Of a DNA stretch of 35,651 bases, positions 1 through 13,000 are shown in pieces (positions within the stretch are counted from its first letter, which is position 1; each line of letters opens with the position of its first letter). The notes below the pieces were generated by a model, which saw nothing but the letters and a program-made list of their open reading frames with translations, ran no database searches and had not been told where the DNA came from. Position numbers and translations under genes: made by a program. Source of the stretch: Spizellomyces punctatus DAOM BR117 (Eukaryota); NCBI GenBank assembly GCA_000182565.2, contig KQ257459.1. The stretch is one strand, 5' to 3'.

Positions 1-756
1 CCAAAGCAAACCACACAGGAACAAATGCCCCATTTTATTCCAAATACACTCACCCTTCAGCCAACGGTGGGAGTTTGGCCTCTGTCCCATGCTCCCGATT
101 CTCATCAGCAATAGACTTGCTGGCAGCGACAAACTTTAGAATATATTTGACCATAAAGGGGGAAAAGATTAGGGCAAAGTCGCCAAGGCATTTGGCGATA
201 CCGATTGGAGCAAGTCTCCAGAACCACGCTCTTCTCATTGCCCCTAAGAATGAGATGAGGTGATGATGAATAGATGAACAGAAGAAAACTTTATGCAAGT
301 CCGTACTGTACACATGGATGAACCCATTCAACACACAAGTAAATGACTCCACTACTCACGCCACAAGCTCGGCTGGATGGACGTTGAAGGTTGTTGAGAT
401 GTGATTAAATCTCCCCGTGAACTTCCATCCATACTCTGTTCCTGATGGCTCCATCCGACCTTTACTAATTCCTCTTTCCAGGCATCATCGAGCAAGCGAT
501 GAACATGCTCTACTTTATAGGTTGGCCCCAATTCCCAGATATCGTTGTGATCGAGAGGGCGTTGCCAACCCACGTAAAAAACGGGATTGAGCCAGGTGTA
601 CGAGAGACGGCTCCAAAGGGATGCAGTGGATTGAGGGCATGTGTGGGTGTGGCCCCAGTTTTTTGGAAGTTTGCGGCCTTTTTTCAAGGGCGCTGGTGAT
701 TCTTGATCACTGATATGGATCTTGTCGCTATCCTCCTCTTTTGGTGTCTCGGCCAT
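1..756 (-). CDS. ABCC/MRP (Yor1-like) ABC transporter, 5' part; gene continues beyond window start
   Basis: Exon 756-360 encodes the ABCC lasso-type motif ASLWSRLSYTWLNPVFYVGWQRPLDHNDIWEL. A GTGAGT..TAG intron (359-244) joins in frame to exon 243-54 (RAMRRAWFWRLAPIGIAKCLGDFALIFSPFMVKYIL, first TM helix). The next GTGAGT donor is at 53. Confidence 0.85.
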
Positions 757-2002
757 CCTGCTGAATACTAAGGAAATGGAATTATGGGCAGTTCAAGCTC
801 AAGGAGGAAGGAAAGTCTAAAAAATCAGCAGGACGGGCAAGGAAGAAAACGAAACCAACTAGTGTTTTTGTAAAAGACTGCCGATGGTGCGCAGTCATGT
901 TCGATATTTGTCATCATCTGTTGCGCCGTGTTCCAAAACGTCCAAAATTGGGGACAGATAAGAGAAGACAAAAAAGACAAACACACAAGAAAATGACAAA
1001 CTTACAACTGGGCATCCCAAAAGTGCGATTGATCAATAGGTGTGTTCTACATGCAGAATGCATATCTGTGTATGCATATCCATATCTGTGTGTGTGCTGC
1101 AAAGTGTTATGCATGCAAGTACCGTTGAAAGGTGAAAGTGTTCCAAAAGTGTGAAACACGTGACAAGTGTGAAATTCCTTCCCCTCCTTCTTCTTCTTGA
1201 AGAGTCCGCTTGGAGACCAGTTGGAAATCCCCTTCATTCACTGCTGCTCATGTCAATAAAAAGCATTCCAAATGACATACAAAAAACAAAATGGAAAGCA
1301 GCTCTTTCATTTCACACACTCGCAATACCAGTATCAGCTGTCATTGCACATTGGAAATTCCACATGGATGAACCTATATGAATAGCAATCATCAACGGCC
1401 ATCAGATGATCAACTTGTCTGAATGGGGCATCCCACATTCTTACGCATTTTTTGCTCCTTGTTGCTTATCTATGCAAATGCAAAAACTGTGCATAGCTTT
1501 TACGGATCTGCCCTTCCATCACACGACGTTGGTGGATTGCATCATCACATTCCAATCATACTCTATTGCATTCCATCCAGACATCAACAATGCGCATCAT
1601 TCAACCCTCTTGAACTTTCTCTCATCATCACCAAACACATTTCATCTTGCTTCTTTTCCATTTAGTTTTACGTGATTATTGCACGCAGGCACATTTCGTA
1701 TCGTTCACGACGATATTCTCTCGTAAGGTATGGTTTCATTGAAATTGGTAAAAATAGTCCTCGGAACGGCTCAAGAAGTGACTGTGTGTCTTTTCCTCCA
1801 ATAGGATTTTAAAGACTCAGTGAGTGTGTGAGTCGTTGACAGGAAATACGCACGCACACATTGCCATCTCCCTCTCTCCCCCATCTCGCTTACGGGAAAT
1901 AACAACTTCTTATTTTGATAAAAGACGGACACAGACGCTCAACACAGTTCAACAGCTAGAACACTTCCCACAGACGATAGTAAGCGTAAAAAGATATTCG
2001 AC

Positions 2003-5000
2003 ATGGTCCCGCCTAGTCCAGTCTCCACTGGCGAGCATTCCCTTCCTGTCGCATCCGTCACCACAGTTCACGTAGAACCCCGTATCGATCCTTCCTCTAC
2101 CAGAAGGCAGAGACTCTTGCAAGACCCCCCTAAACGTCAGGAAAATATTCACATTGAAGAGGAACTCCATTATGAGGATCGGGATCACAGATTCGCGCAT
2201 GGTCATGGGGAGAGCCCCGATACTTTTACTCTCCAGAGAAACAGAACCCTTTCCATTGTATGCTTGAGTGTTTTGCGTTTGACTAGTAATGTCTAGATAC
2301 TTATTTCATGGAAAGTCCCATACAAATCTCTTTGCAGAGGCTGAAAAGCCCAGGACACTCGGAGACGATCGCGCGTTTAGACGGAGACGACGCGGTTCGC
2401 ATGATGAAAAAGTGGTTGGAAAGGCGAGAAAGTTTTTGATTGATGTGGAAGAGACTCAGCGTAAGTGTTTTATACTCCTTGCGAGAGTGACAGTGAGCGA
2501 GCGAGCAAGGTGGTGGCAGGTGATGGCGAGCGAGCTAGGAAACAGCGTGAAAGAGCCCGCTAAACTCTCGCGCTTGGTACCCGCCCAGCGACAAAAAGAA
2601 GGAGACACGAGTGAGCACAGTTAGAGGCACCACAACAAACGCATCCGCCCTACAAACAGAGCCTGGACATGGCTGTCGCCATATACATGCACTTACTTTT
2701 AAACAAACAAGAGTGTGCTGGATCAACCTGTCTTTCATAATTGTGCACTGTTTAACCGCACGTCAACCTCAGGGCTCATTCTCGCCCAAGAAGACACGGA
2801 CGGAGACTTTCAAATTACGGTTCAAGACACTGGCCCCAAATCCTTTCACCTTGGCACAGCGAACTCTAGCGGATTCCGCAAGTACGAGATCCGTGGAACG
2901 TATATGCTCTCAAACCTCTTGCAGGAACTGGCACTTGCGACGGATTATGGAAGGAAATTTATCGTCTTGGATGAGGATCGGTTGAATGAGAATCCGTTGG
3001 ATCGGCTGAGTCGGTTGATAAAGTACCATTTCTGGGACGGTTTGACACGGCGGATTGATGCTGAAGGTAAATCGCAAAGGCAAAATACCGATGCATATCT
3101 TTTGATGCGCAGGTGTTGTTTTCACGCATGGATATGGGTGCTGATTTTAGATTCCTTGAATTGTTGACAGGTCTCGAAATCATTTGCAACGACCCAAAGA
3201 ATCGTTCACAGGACCAGAGACCACGCGTCTATGTCCCCTACCACGACGACCTGGCCATGGAATACTACACGCAGGTCGCAGCATCCCGCCCCCACCTGAA
3301 CCTCGACATTGTTCGCCTCCCAGAAATCATTTCTCCGCGGTACGTTAAATCCTTAAACCAGCACCCCGGCATTCTCTCCCTGGGACTGCGCAAAACGGTT
3401 GACCCGCGCAGTGGTAAAACCCAAATTCGTGGGACGCCCTTTGTGGTTCCAGGCGGACGGTTTAATGAGATGTATGGCTGGGACAGTTACTTTGAAGCGC
3501 TGGGACTCTTGGTGGACGGCCGTATTGAATTGGCGCGAGGAATGGTGGAAAACTTTAATTACGAGATTGAGCACTATGGCAAGATTCTCAATGCCAACCG
3601 ATCGTATTACCTGACGCGCTCCCAACCCCCGTTCTTGACGGACATGATTGCCGAGGTTGCGAAGCGCTTACCTGAAAAGGGATGGACACCTCCTGAACTC
3701 AAGGTATGGCTCGCGCAAGGTTATCGCGCGGCCATCAAGGAACTCTTGAGTGTATGGATGGCCAGTCCGCGGTTGGACCCTGTGGTTGGTTTATGCAAGT
3801 TCCATCCTGAAGGCATCGGCATGCCCCCTGAAACGGAGGCATCGCACTTTAACCATATTTTGGAACCGTATGCGGAAAAGGCGGGCGTGTCATTGGAAGA
3901 GTACATGCGTATGTATAATGAGGATATTATTCAGGAACCGGAGCTGGATTTGTATTTTGTGCATGATCGGGCTGGTATGTGCGGCGCTTTTTCTTTTCTT
4001 TTTTTTTTTCTTGATGGTTGTGTGACTGTAGCATTGTTTATTTTAATGATGAATAGTACGTGAGAGTGGGCACGATACCACATACCGGTTTGAAAAACGC
4101 TGTGCCAATCTGGCGACGATCGACCTCAACAGTCTGGTATACAAATACCAGATCGATCTTGCACATGTGATCCAGGACGATTTCGGAGGCCAGTTCAAAC
4201 TCCGTGTGCGACGCGGTCCCGATAATGTCTTTTTGAACGGGTTCTTGTCGTGGGTTGAGAATTTACGGGCCAAGGGTGTGGACGGGTCGATTGGTAACAA
4301 TGGTGGATGGGAGACGGGGTGGGCAAAGGGTATCATGGTCTGTGATGATGAGATGGACGCCGAGTACCGGCAGTGGGTCCAAGATGGGAGTGTTCCGCAC
4401 CCTACCTCTGAGACGGACAGCGAAGTTCCGACCTACACCCTCCCCCCCGACGCACCGTACTTTTACGTTACGTTTACACCCCGCCTTTTTTCGCTCCTCT
4501 CTCGTCGGATGCACACCTTGATTGACACGTACCTCTGGAACCCGACGCAGAGCCTCTACTACGACTGGGACTGCGCTACGATGGAGCAATCCGTTTATGA
4601 AACTGTAACCTGTCTCTGGGCCCTCTGGGCCGGATGTGCCTCCGAAGCCCAAGCCAACGCCATGGTTCCGCGCGCACTCGAACTTTTTGAAGTCTTTGGC
4701 GGACTTGTCTCTGGTACGGAAGAATCCCGTGGCCGTATTGGACTGGACCGTCCGAACCGACAATGGGATTACCCTTACGGATGGGCCCCGCATCAAATCC
4801 TTGCCTGGCCGGGTCTTGTTCGTTATGGTTTTACGACTGAAGCTCGCCGTGTAGCGTACCGGTGGATGTACACCATTACGAAATCCTTTGTTGATTTCAA
4901 TGGTGTCGTTCCGGAGAAATTTGATGTGGTGCATTTGACGCATAAAGTGAATGTTGAGTATGGGAATGTGGGTGCTGATTTCAGGTTTGTGGTTCGGGAG

Positions 5001-5210
5001 GGGTTTGGGTGGATGAACGCTAGTTTTCAGGTTTGTATTTTTTATTTCGTGGTGTCCTCATTTTATCGTCACGTTGATGGTTTTTGTTAACTGTTGCTTT
5101 TGTAGTTGGGTCTATCGTACCTTACGAAAAATATGCGGCGCGCGTTGGGAACTTTGACGCCTCCTGAGCAGATGTTTGGACAGGCTGTTATTGGCTTGGG
5201 TGTTGGGTAG
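2003..5210 (+). CDS. NTH1: Neutral trehalase (GH37) with N-terminal phospho-regulatory region and Ca-binding motif
   Basis: Exons approx. 2003-2257, 2316(or 2340)-2460, 2773-3066, 3171-3974, 4057-5030, 5106-5210, with phase-compatible GT-AG joins. Motifs: RNRTLS and RRRGSHDE (PKA-type sites), [87 protein letters not shown]. Confidence 0.96.
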
Positions 5211-5947
5211 AATATGAGATTATGACATGGGACTCTCGTTGCATGTGGATTGGTGTGGGCGAGTTTTCTTTCTGTGTGTTTTAGAATGTCTACGATGGAG
5301 AGGCTTTCTTTCTTTGAAACTTTTGTGAAAGTGAGAGTTTACTGCTTGAACAGTGCCTTAGGGGTGCACCACTGCACTACGGTCGTTTCTCGAAAGGGCA
5401 ATGGGTACATGTATGCCATACATTTTCACACACGATTAGGACAATGAGAGCGATGGGTAGATCCTAGTCCAAATGAACGAAAATATTTCACAACTCCAAC
5501 TCTAACCCTTTTATATGATGGATTTGGCGTTGGAAAGAGATGTTGTGTCAAACGAGAAGTTGTAAATCGATCGTTCAAGTCCAACTATGCTGAACGGTTC
5601 TTCATAACCTTGTCATGCAGATAAGGACAGATACATCTACAGGTTTAGATGATCCGTATTGGTTGCTCAGCTCATCACCTGTGAACGAATTGGTGTATAT
5701 TGCACATGTCTGGTTGGACAGCGTCTTTTGTTGACAGTCCAGGATCCAAGGTTGTCTATCTTTTCCATAGGCCATTCGTGGAATGCCAGAATACATCATA
5801 ACCATAAAAAAAAAACGAACATATCGAAAAGAATCACACAGCGAATGTACAGATTAAACAAAAACATAGCATACAAAGCAAATAAATCGTTCACTCACAT
5901 ATCGAAAAAGTATTCCAACTTTTTTTACAATCCCACGAGTGTTTTGA

Positions 5948-6406
5948 TCAACAAACACCCACTACCCAAACACACGCATCACCATATACCCTCCCTGGAC
6001 GCGGCGAATACGAACCGTACGTCCTTGTGGTAATATGACTCGTCGGAGGAGTATCCGATACCCTCCCACTCGATTTGAGTCTCGACAATTTGAACCTAGA
6101 GGCCCACAAAACGAGACAGCAAACATTTTACTCCCTCTCTTCCATTGGAAAAGCATCTTCTCTAACAAACACTTACCTCCACCCCTGTCGCTGCGTATAC
6201 GGCGGGGGAGGAACGTATCTTGGTGGCGGATCATCGTATTCCGTGCGCGGTGTGTACGGTGGGAGAGGTTGCGATGATTGGGTGGTTGAGATGGATGTGG
6301 AAGGGGTATGAGGAGGTGTTGAGACGAGGCGGCGAAGGACCGTACGACTGAGCGTTGCCATTGAGGTTCCGAGTTCGGTGTAGAGGGATTCGGATATGAG
6401 GGCCAT
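5948..6406 (-). CDS. Small proline-rich protein (~125 aa) with clustered PY (PPxY) motifs
   Basis: ATG at 6406 follows an A-rich leader. Exon 6406-6177, GTAAGT..CTAG intron 6176-6096, exon 6095-5948 ending TGA. Contains LPPY, PPRY and PPPY. Confidence 0.55.
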
Positions 6407-7409
6407 TTTTTTGTATGTGTATATGTATGGGGAGGTTTTTGTCTTTATGATTTTATATTCCTGTTGCTTGCTTGTTCAAAAGGCTTGCTTGAAAAAAGAA
6501 GCTGAACTTGTAAACAGTCTCCCCAACCTCTACAAAAAAAAACACACATCCAGAAACAACAATAACAACAAAGGGAACACACACATCACGACACCCTCTC
6601 TCTGGAGGGACCCTCCTTTTACCACCAACCCATGCTGCTGCTTGTACAAAACTGAAAGGAAAACGTACCACACATTGCACACTGGCACACTTTTGCACAC
6701 ATAATAACACCCTCACAAGATCATTACATAACACGCGATACAACACGTGAGGTGGGGGTGTGTGATGTGTTATTTGTTTAATTAATAGGGTTTCTTCCAT
6801 TTTGTTTTCTTGTGTTTTTATTTGGGTTTTTCTTTGTATTTTGACTTTAACAGCAGCCAGTTTTGGGGGAATTCTGTTCTGTAGTTGGTTTTATGGTTGT
6901 TTTGTTTTAGAGTATTGTTTAATATGGCTGGTATTTGGCTCACCCAACCTAGTAAAGCAGCAGGTGGAGAATGGGCTTTTGATACAGATATGGTGGGATG
7001 TTGCATTTCTCGTTTTTTTTTGATTGTTTTCGCATGTCCATTTGTGGGTCTTGGTTGTGGTTTCTTGGAATATTGCCTTGTTTCTCATCGTCCGTATGTG
7101 TGTTGCTTCGGGCGTGTTGGCACGTCGTATCCTAACATGACATGGGATCAGATGGCACCTGTGACGTGATCCATCATGCCAAACACAACGACAAGACCTT
7201 TATATTTCTAGATTCAAACACATCATGAGGCTGTCAAACGTCCGATTTTCGAGAAATTTAATCAAGCATAGTGAGAACCAGGCATATTAAAAAGTCAACA
7301 GAAGCGCATAATGGCCTATAAATGGCTAACTAGCTAACAACAATCTATATCAATACTATCAAAATATGTCGTGACGATTATCCAACGAGTCATAGTGTCT
7401 CTGCAGCTT

Positions 7410-8930
7410 CTATTCATCAATGGTGGATTGAAAAGAAGCTTTTCGTGTCAATGCACTTGACCCTACTACCAATGCTTGAGAAGGAGGTACCGAAGCCACA
7501 ACACTCCCACGTCGACTTATCCTCTCTTGCTCTTGCCATGCCTCTATAAGCTGTTTACGGAGATTCCTTACTTCTTGTCTGAGTCGCTCACATTCTTCTG
7601 CACCTTCGATAGATCGCAAGCGGGCGTTTTCTTCTCGTAACTCTTCGATTTCCGCTTTCGAGCGTTCTAATTCGCGACGGAGAGTTTTGAGTTCGGCGGC
7701 TAGGGATGCTGGATGGTTCGTTGGTGTCGATGGACGGTAGGGAGAGGACGAAGAAGAGGATACGTAATATTGCTGTACGACCGAGGAAGATAGAGACGAA
7801 ACGATTTCCTCGCCGTCACCTGCAATCACGGTTGGGATCACCTCGTACTCTTTGACCATATTGTCAGATCCAAATGGGTCGAATCCGCTGGCTGCAAACA
7901 GCCGGTCATTGACAACAAAAATGGAGGAAATGGGACCACCGGTATCTGGAGATCGGTACGTTCTCACGAGATGCCCGGTATTGGCATCCCATTCGCGAAC
8001 ACGTTGATCCCATCCTCCTGCAAATACCCTTCCGCCATCGACGAACACAGACAAGAGCCCACATTCGCCCCCGTACGCTCGAATGGCTTCACCAGTCGTG
8101 ACGTCCCACTCGCGCACCGTTCGATCTTCTGACGCAGAAAACAGTCGAGGACCTTGGACAAAGATGCCCGTGACACGATGGGCATGACCTTGATACGTCC
8201 GAGCAGGTGAACATGTTTTTGCACCTTTTGATACAGACGTCGCTGGGCCGGCCTCCCACTCCCGAATCGTTCGATCTTCGCCGGCGGTATACAACTTTTC
8301 CCCCGCGACAAAAACACTCAGAACCGGTGCATTGTGCCCCACGTACGTGCGCACTAGCTTTCCAGTCCCTAAATCCCATTCTCCGACATACGGCGTCTCA
8401 CCTTGTCCGCTCCATCCAACCCACGATGCCGCTGCTCCAGCAGCAACATAGGCTACTCCAGTCAATTTTTGGATGGACGACTGGGCTTGAACCGGTAGTT
8501 CTACTCCTTGTGGTTGTCCCCCACACCCCACAAAACATCGGTCCAAAGTAACAAATAATGCATTCACACAAAGCCCCACCTCAATCTTTTTTAGAAATGC
8601 ACCTGTGACCGTATCCCATTCCCGAATACACCCATCTGCCGAGCCGCTGTAGAGTCTTGGCGGAGTGTGTTGGACAAAGAGGGCGAGGACAGGGGATGTG
8701 TGCCCAGAGTAGGTACGAGTGCAGGCGCATGTCGTTAAGGAAAACTCTTTTATGGTGTGGTCATGACTGGCGGTGAAAAGGCGGGTCCCCTATTTACCAG
8801 AACCGGCGGCCGTTAGTCCTTGTGCCATAAGTGATTCCAAAAAGTTAGAAACCCAAACCTGCACGAATATGGCGTTAATGTGACTGGAATGTCCTTGAAA
8901 GACCCGCACCGGATGCTGCACAGGGTCCAT
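7410..8930 (-). CDS. WD40-repeat protein with C-terminal coiled coil
   Basis: Exon 1 8930-8859 (MDPVQHPVRVFQGHSSHINAIFVQ), GTTTGG..CTAAC..TAG intron 8858-8790, exon 2 8789-7410. Repeated GH..V..lFV....LFsaS.DrTirEWD units are followed by LAAELKTLRRELERSKAEIEELREENARL heptads. An identical alternative exon 1 starts at 9068. Confidence 0.88.
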
Positions 8931-9098
8931 TACGGGCAGATGATGGGAAGAGTCTGGTGGTGCCATAAGTGATTCCAAAAAGTTAGAAACCCAAACCTGC
9001 ACGAATATGGCGTTAATGTGACTGGAATGTCCTTGAAAGACCCGCACCGGATGCTGCACAGGGTCCATTACGGGCAGATGATGGGAAGAGTCTGGTGG
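8823..9098. repeat. Exact 138-bp tandem duplication (8823-8960, 8961-9098)
   Basis: TGCCATAAGTGATTCC...AGTCTGGTGG occurs twice head-to-tail with no differences seen. Confidence 0.97.
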
Positions 9099-10020
9099 CG
9101 AGCCCAAAAACCAAGTTCTGCAATCGCTCTTGTCATTTAACCTTTCACGGATGGATGGCACAGTCAAGCAGTGCTGAGTAAGCATTGAATCTCAAGATGA
9201 TGTCCTTCGAAAGACAACGAAGAGCATGGTCAACTTTTTGAGATTTGGGAAGCCCTCCGCTGCGTTGGGACAGTATCAGCAACAAGTTACAGCCCCCGTA
9301 GACTCTTCTCGCGAAATCTCATTGACTGGTAAAGGTTAGAATGTTAATGGACTTATTGCTGTATCAGGACGATGAGCGAATATTCTTTGAGGAGACTACA
9401 AATGGACAGAAAGCTGTGCAATCACATGTTATGAAGCACCATATTAGCAGACGAATGGCTTTGTCTTTTAGGAATCCATATCCCTCTGCATGTGCAATTG
9501 ACGTTTGCGTACGCCCTGTTCGTTGCATAAACTTTTGTTCAAGTATCCATTAATAGCCAACCCATATGGAAGGGTTTTAGCTTTTTGCTATAAATAGCAT
9601 GAATGACAAAAGATCTGCGTACTGTTTCGAGAACAATGTTTGCGGTCTTGAGGATAACGATCGAAAGGCACAAATAGCCTTCAAGTCAAAGTCATTTTGT
9701 CGCACTGCTAAATATTCGGGAATGGATCAATTTAGGAGAACCCCTCGGAATACAATGTCCGATGGAACCCTTAATGTTTTCCTCAATAAATGATGGAGAA
9801 ACTTTGTTTATGATGGCGGCTGTAAACAACAAGACTAAAAGACCTGGTATTTATGCATTTCGGACGGAAGTGACAGCTTCTACCAATTTGCACCGCCTGT
9901 TAACTTTGCACGACCAGGCGGTGACAGCCGTTTGGCGATACTTTAAAAGCTCTTTTTTCTTTAATTGCCCATGCTACTAAGTATCTGCAAGAGGTGCGCG
10001 CACTCTTAATTGCCATTGAA

Positions 10021-13000
10021 ATGAGTGAAAGAACGGGATGGAAACAACCCACGTCGAGCAGTAGTAGTGGTATCGGACGATGTAACCTACGAGTATGGGC
10101 AACATTGGCCCTCCTAGTCCTGCAATTCGGGGTTTCGACCAGCGGTCTCTGCATGCACAATACGAGGAATAATGATGTTTTGACTTTAACGGAGCCATAT
10201 GGATTTTTTTGGATGTGGGTTTGAAGGAAATAGGTTTCGCACACTTATCTTTGAACTGATTGAAACTTTGTTGCCCATATCAGTACCGACGGCATAGACG
10301 AATATGCCGCGGATGCCAACTGCTCCATCCTCATTGCCCCAGTCTGGGATCAGCCGATTACCGGCATCGCCATTGACTACATTACCGTCGAAACCGAAGC
10401 CTGCTGCGACCACGCTTATACGTATGCGGGCGACACTCTTGATGCTCCGGAAGTTGGCCGACATAATGGAACAGTCACCACACAGCTGCAGGTCAACGGG
10501 TCGACAGCATTTTTCAATTTTCAGTCAGATGGATCTGTCCAGCGGGATGGAATCATCGCTTTTTATCACATCTTAGATATACCCGACAATGAAATACCTT
10601 GGGTGAACATCTCGTGCCCTTTTGATTGCTACGGACGCGGCCAATGCGTTGATGGAAAATGCGTCTGTGAAGAAGGATATACCGGGGGACTGTGCAAGAA
10701 CGATGACAATCGCAAGGTACTTCATATCAACATTCACACTTGCATATTGAGATCTCTGCGTAACGGGCTCGATTTCAGTTATTTGCTCTGTACGACAACT
10801 GCCAGGGAGATCACTGGCAGGCAAACTGGGATCGGACATATCAATCAAATATTTGCAACTTTACAGATTGGTCGGAATATACCATTGTTTCTACCTGGAC
10901 AGGTAATATCAAACTACGGAAGCAGAGGGGCTATTGCTGATGGAGCAGAAATGCTAAGTCGGTCTTCTGACCCTTCAAACAGGCATTTCATGCGCGAACG
11001 GTCGAGTCAGCAACTTGGACATGCGAGACACTGGGATGAATTGCACGGGCAACGGGCTACCGAGAGACAGTTTGCCGCGATATTTGGAAACGATTGACTT
11101 TACGGGAGAGTTATTGACAGGCACGCTCCCTGGGGACTTGTTTCGAACACCATATTTGAATCAACTCTTTTTATCCAATACAAGACTGGAAGGGGAGTTA
11201 CCTGCTGAGGTTGGTGACCACCCTTTCTTGAAATCCAGTAACAGCTGTTGACATGTGAGGCGATAGGTTTCATGGGCCACAGCGTTAAACACTCTTCTGT
11301 TGCATGACAATAATCTGATCGGGTAAGTTTATAAACAAAAGATGATTATGGATGCATTATTGACGCTGGTCTTTTTCAATTAGCCCTCTCCCAGAAGGTC
11401 TAACACGCCTACCTCAACTCAACGAGTTAAACCTGGAAAACAACAATTTCTTTGGTTTTGTCCTGGATGACTTTGCATATTTGCAGCGTGCTATCATCCT
11501 CCTCGCTGGAAACCAATTTTTCTGCCCAACGCCCAACATAACTCGCATCCATTCCGTTACATGTAATAACATTAGCCTGACTTCCGTTACCCCCAACACT
11601 GCTGTCAGTACCGGCGGGGACACGGTCGTGGTTCGCGGAGTGGGCTTCCACCCCGGTATTCAGATGAGCTGCGTTTTTGGTGGTATCTCGTCGCCGAAAA
11701 CGGAGGTGGTGGATTGGAACACCATTGTATGTACAGTTCCACCACGTTTGGCAGGTGACACATCGATAGAGATATGGGCCTTTGGTAAAAAGGCTGCCAC
11801 GAACGGACTGCCTTTTGAGCTTCTCAATGATTGTGCGCCTGGAACATATTTGAGTCCGACGAACATGACTCAATGTCTTGGCTGTCCTGGTAAGTCTATC
11901 TAGTCTTAGGAAGCTTGGGTGAATACCACTGACATGCAAACGCTATTATCCCTCTCAGAAGGAGCAATCTGTGAAGGCGGGCAGACCCCTCCGTATCCGA
12001 AATATGGCTATCACAAGGCCGCAGAGTAAGACTGATCCTGACAGTAACCTATTGCCACATCATCTCAACTTTTGTCTCTGTCACTGCAGCATGGATGTAT
12101 TTTTGCCCTGTTTCATTCCATCGGCTTGCCCGTCACGTATGGTACGTTCTGGTATCGCAATCTTCTCACATTGCGTGTTACTGATGGACGTTGCCACGAA
12201 AGAACGGCGCCTGCAAAGCGGGTTTTACCGGTCCTCGCTGCAGTCAATGTGAAGAAGGCCTGTTTCTCAAAGGACAAGAGTGCCTTGACTGTACCGGCTC
12301 GCGTGGATTGGGGCCTATTCTAATCGTTTCTTTTGGATTTGTGTTATTGAGTGCGTTTGGAATTTGGATGGCTGTTACTGGTATGTGACTGTGATTCCCG
12401 TTGCACTGAATCAAAAGCACTGTGAATTGATTATAGAAATTGTACTCCGGATGAACAGATCTCAACCTCTCGTCAGGCACCCTGCTTCTTTTCTTGATTC
12501 AAGTATGCACCTAGTTTTGGACATCATATGGAGAGGAATGGCTCATCTCTTATTCTTTCCGTATAAAACAGATTTCTGGACTCATTCTCAAACTCCCAAT
12601 GCGCTGGCACACTCTGTTTGGACCTCTCCACACCTTTTTGCTCAATGCAAACGTCAACCTCGTATCCCTTGGGCTCAACTGCGCTTTCCGGCTTACATTT
12701 GATGAATGGATGAGCCTACTGCTCTGTGTGCCGTTGATTTTCCTGGGAATCATATTGATGATGTGTTTTGCATGGGTTGCTTGGGTGACGCTAAAGGGAG
12801 GGAAGTCTGCTATCTGGGCGGTGAGAAGAGCAATAGACACAACCATCAATGCTTCTCTAGCGTTGTCGATTCTGGGTCATGTTCCGCTGGCTGAGCAGTT
12901 TGTCGCTGTTTTTGAGTGTGCCACGGATGGTGCGGTGATCTTTGGTTTACGGTGCATGTGCTTTTTCTGCTGTTGCCTGACTTGTTTCTTCATCAACAGT

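Noticed and set aside
1050-1120. ATGCAT/CATATCTGTGT repeats in the divergent ABC-trehalase intergenic region
   Set aside because: Short low-complexity repeats. A link to ApT 6mA clusters cannot be supported from sequence alone.
2461-2772. Long trehalase intron with GCGAGCGAGC repeats as a nested ncRNA or internal promoter
   Set aside because: No snoRNA boxes with a terminal stem or other diagnostic structure were identified.
4263-4943. 226-aa antisense ORF and similar shadow ORFs (14322-15002, 18037-18666, 23428-23817)
   Set aside because: They overlap well-supported genes on the opposite strand and have no recognisable motifs.
6450-7170. Hydrophobic or Cys-rich ORFs in the CA-rich/GT-rich block
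   Set aside because: Low-complexity, strand-skewed UTR/intron sequence explains them.
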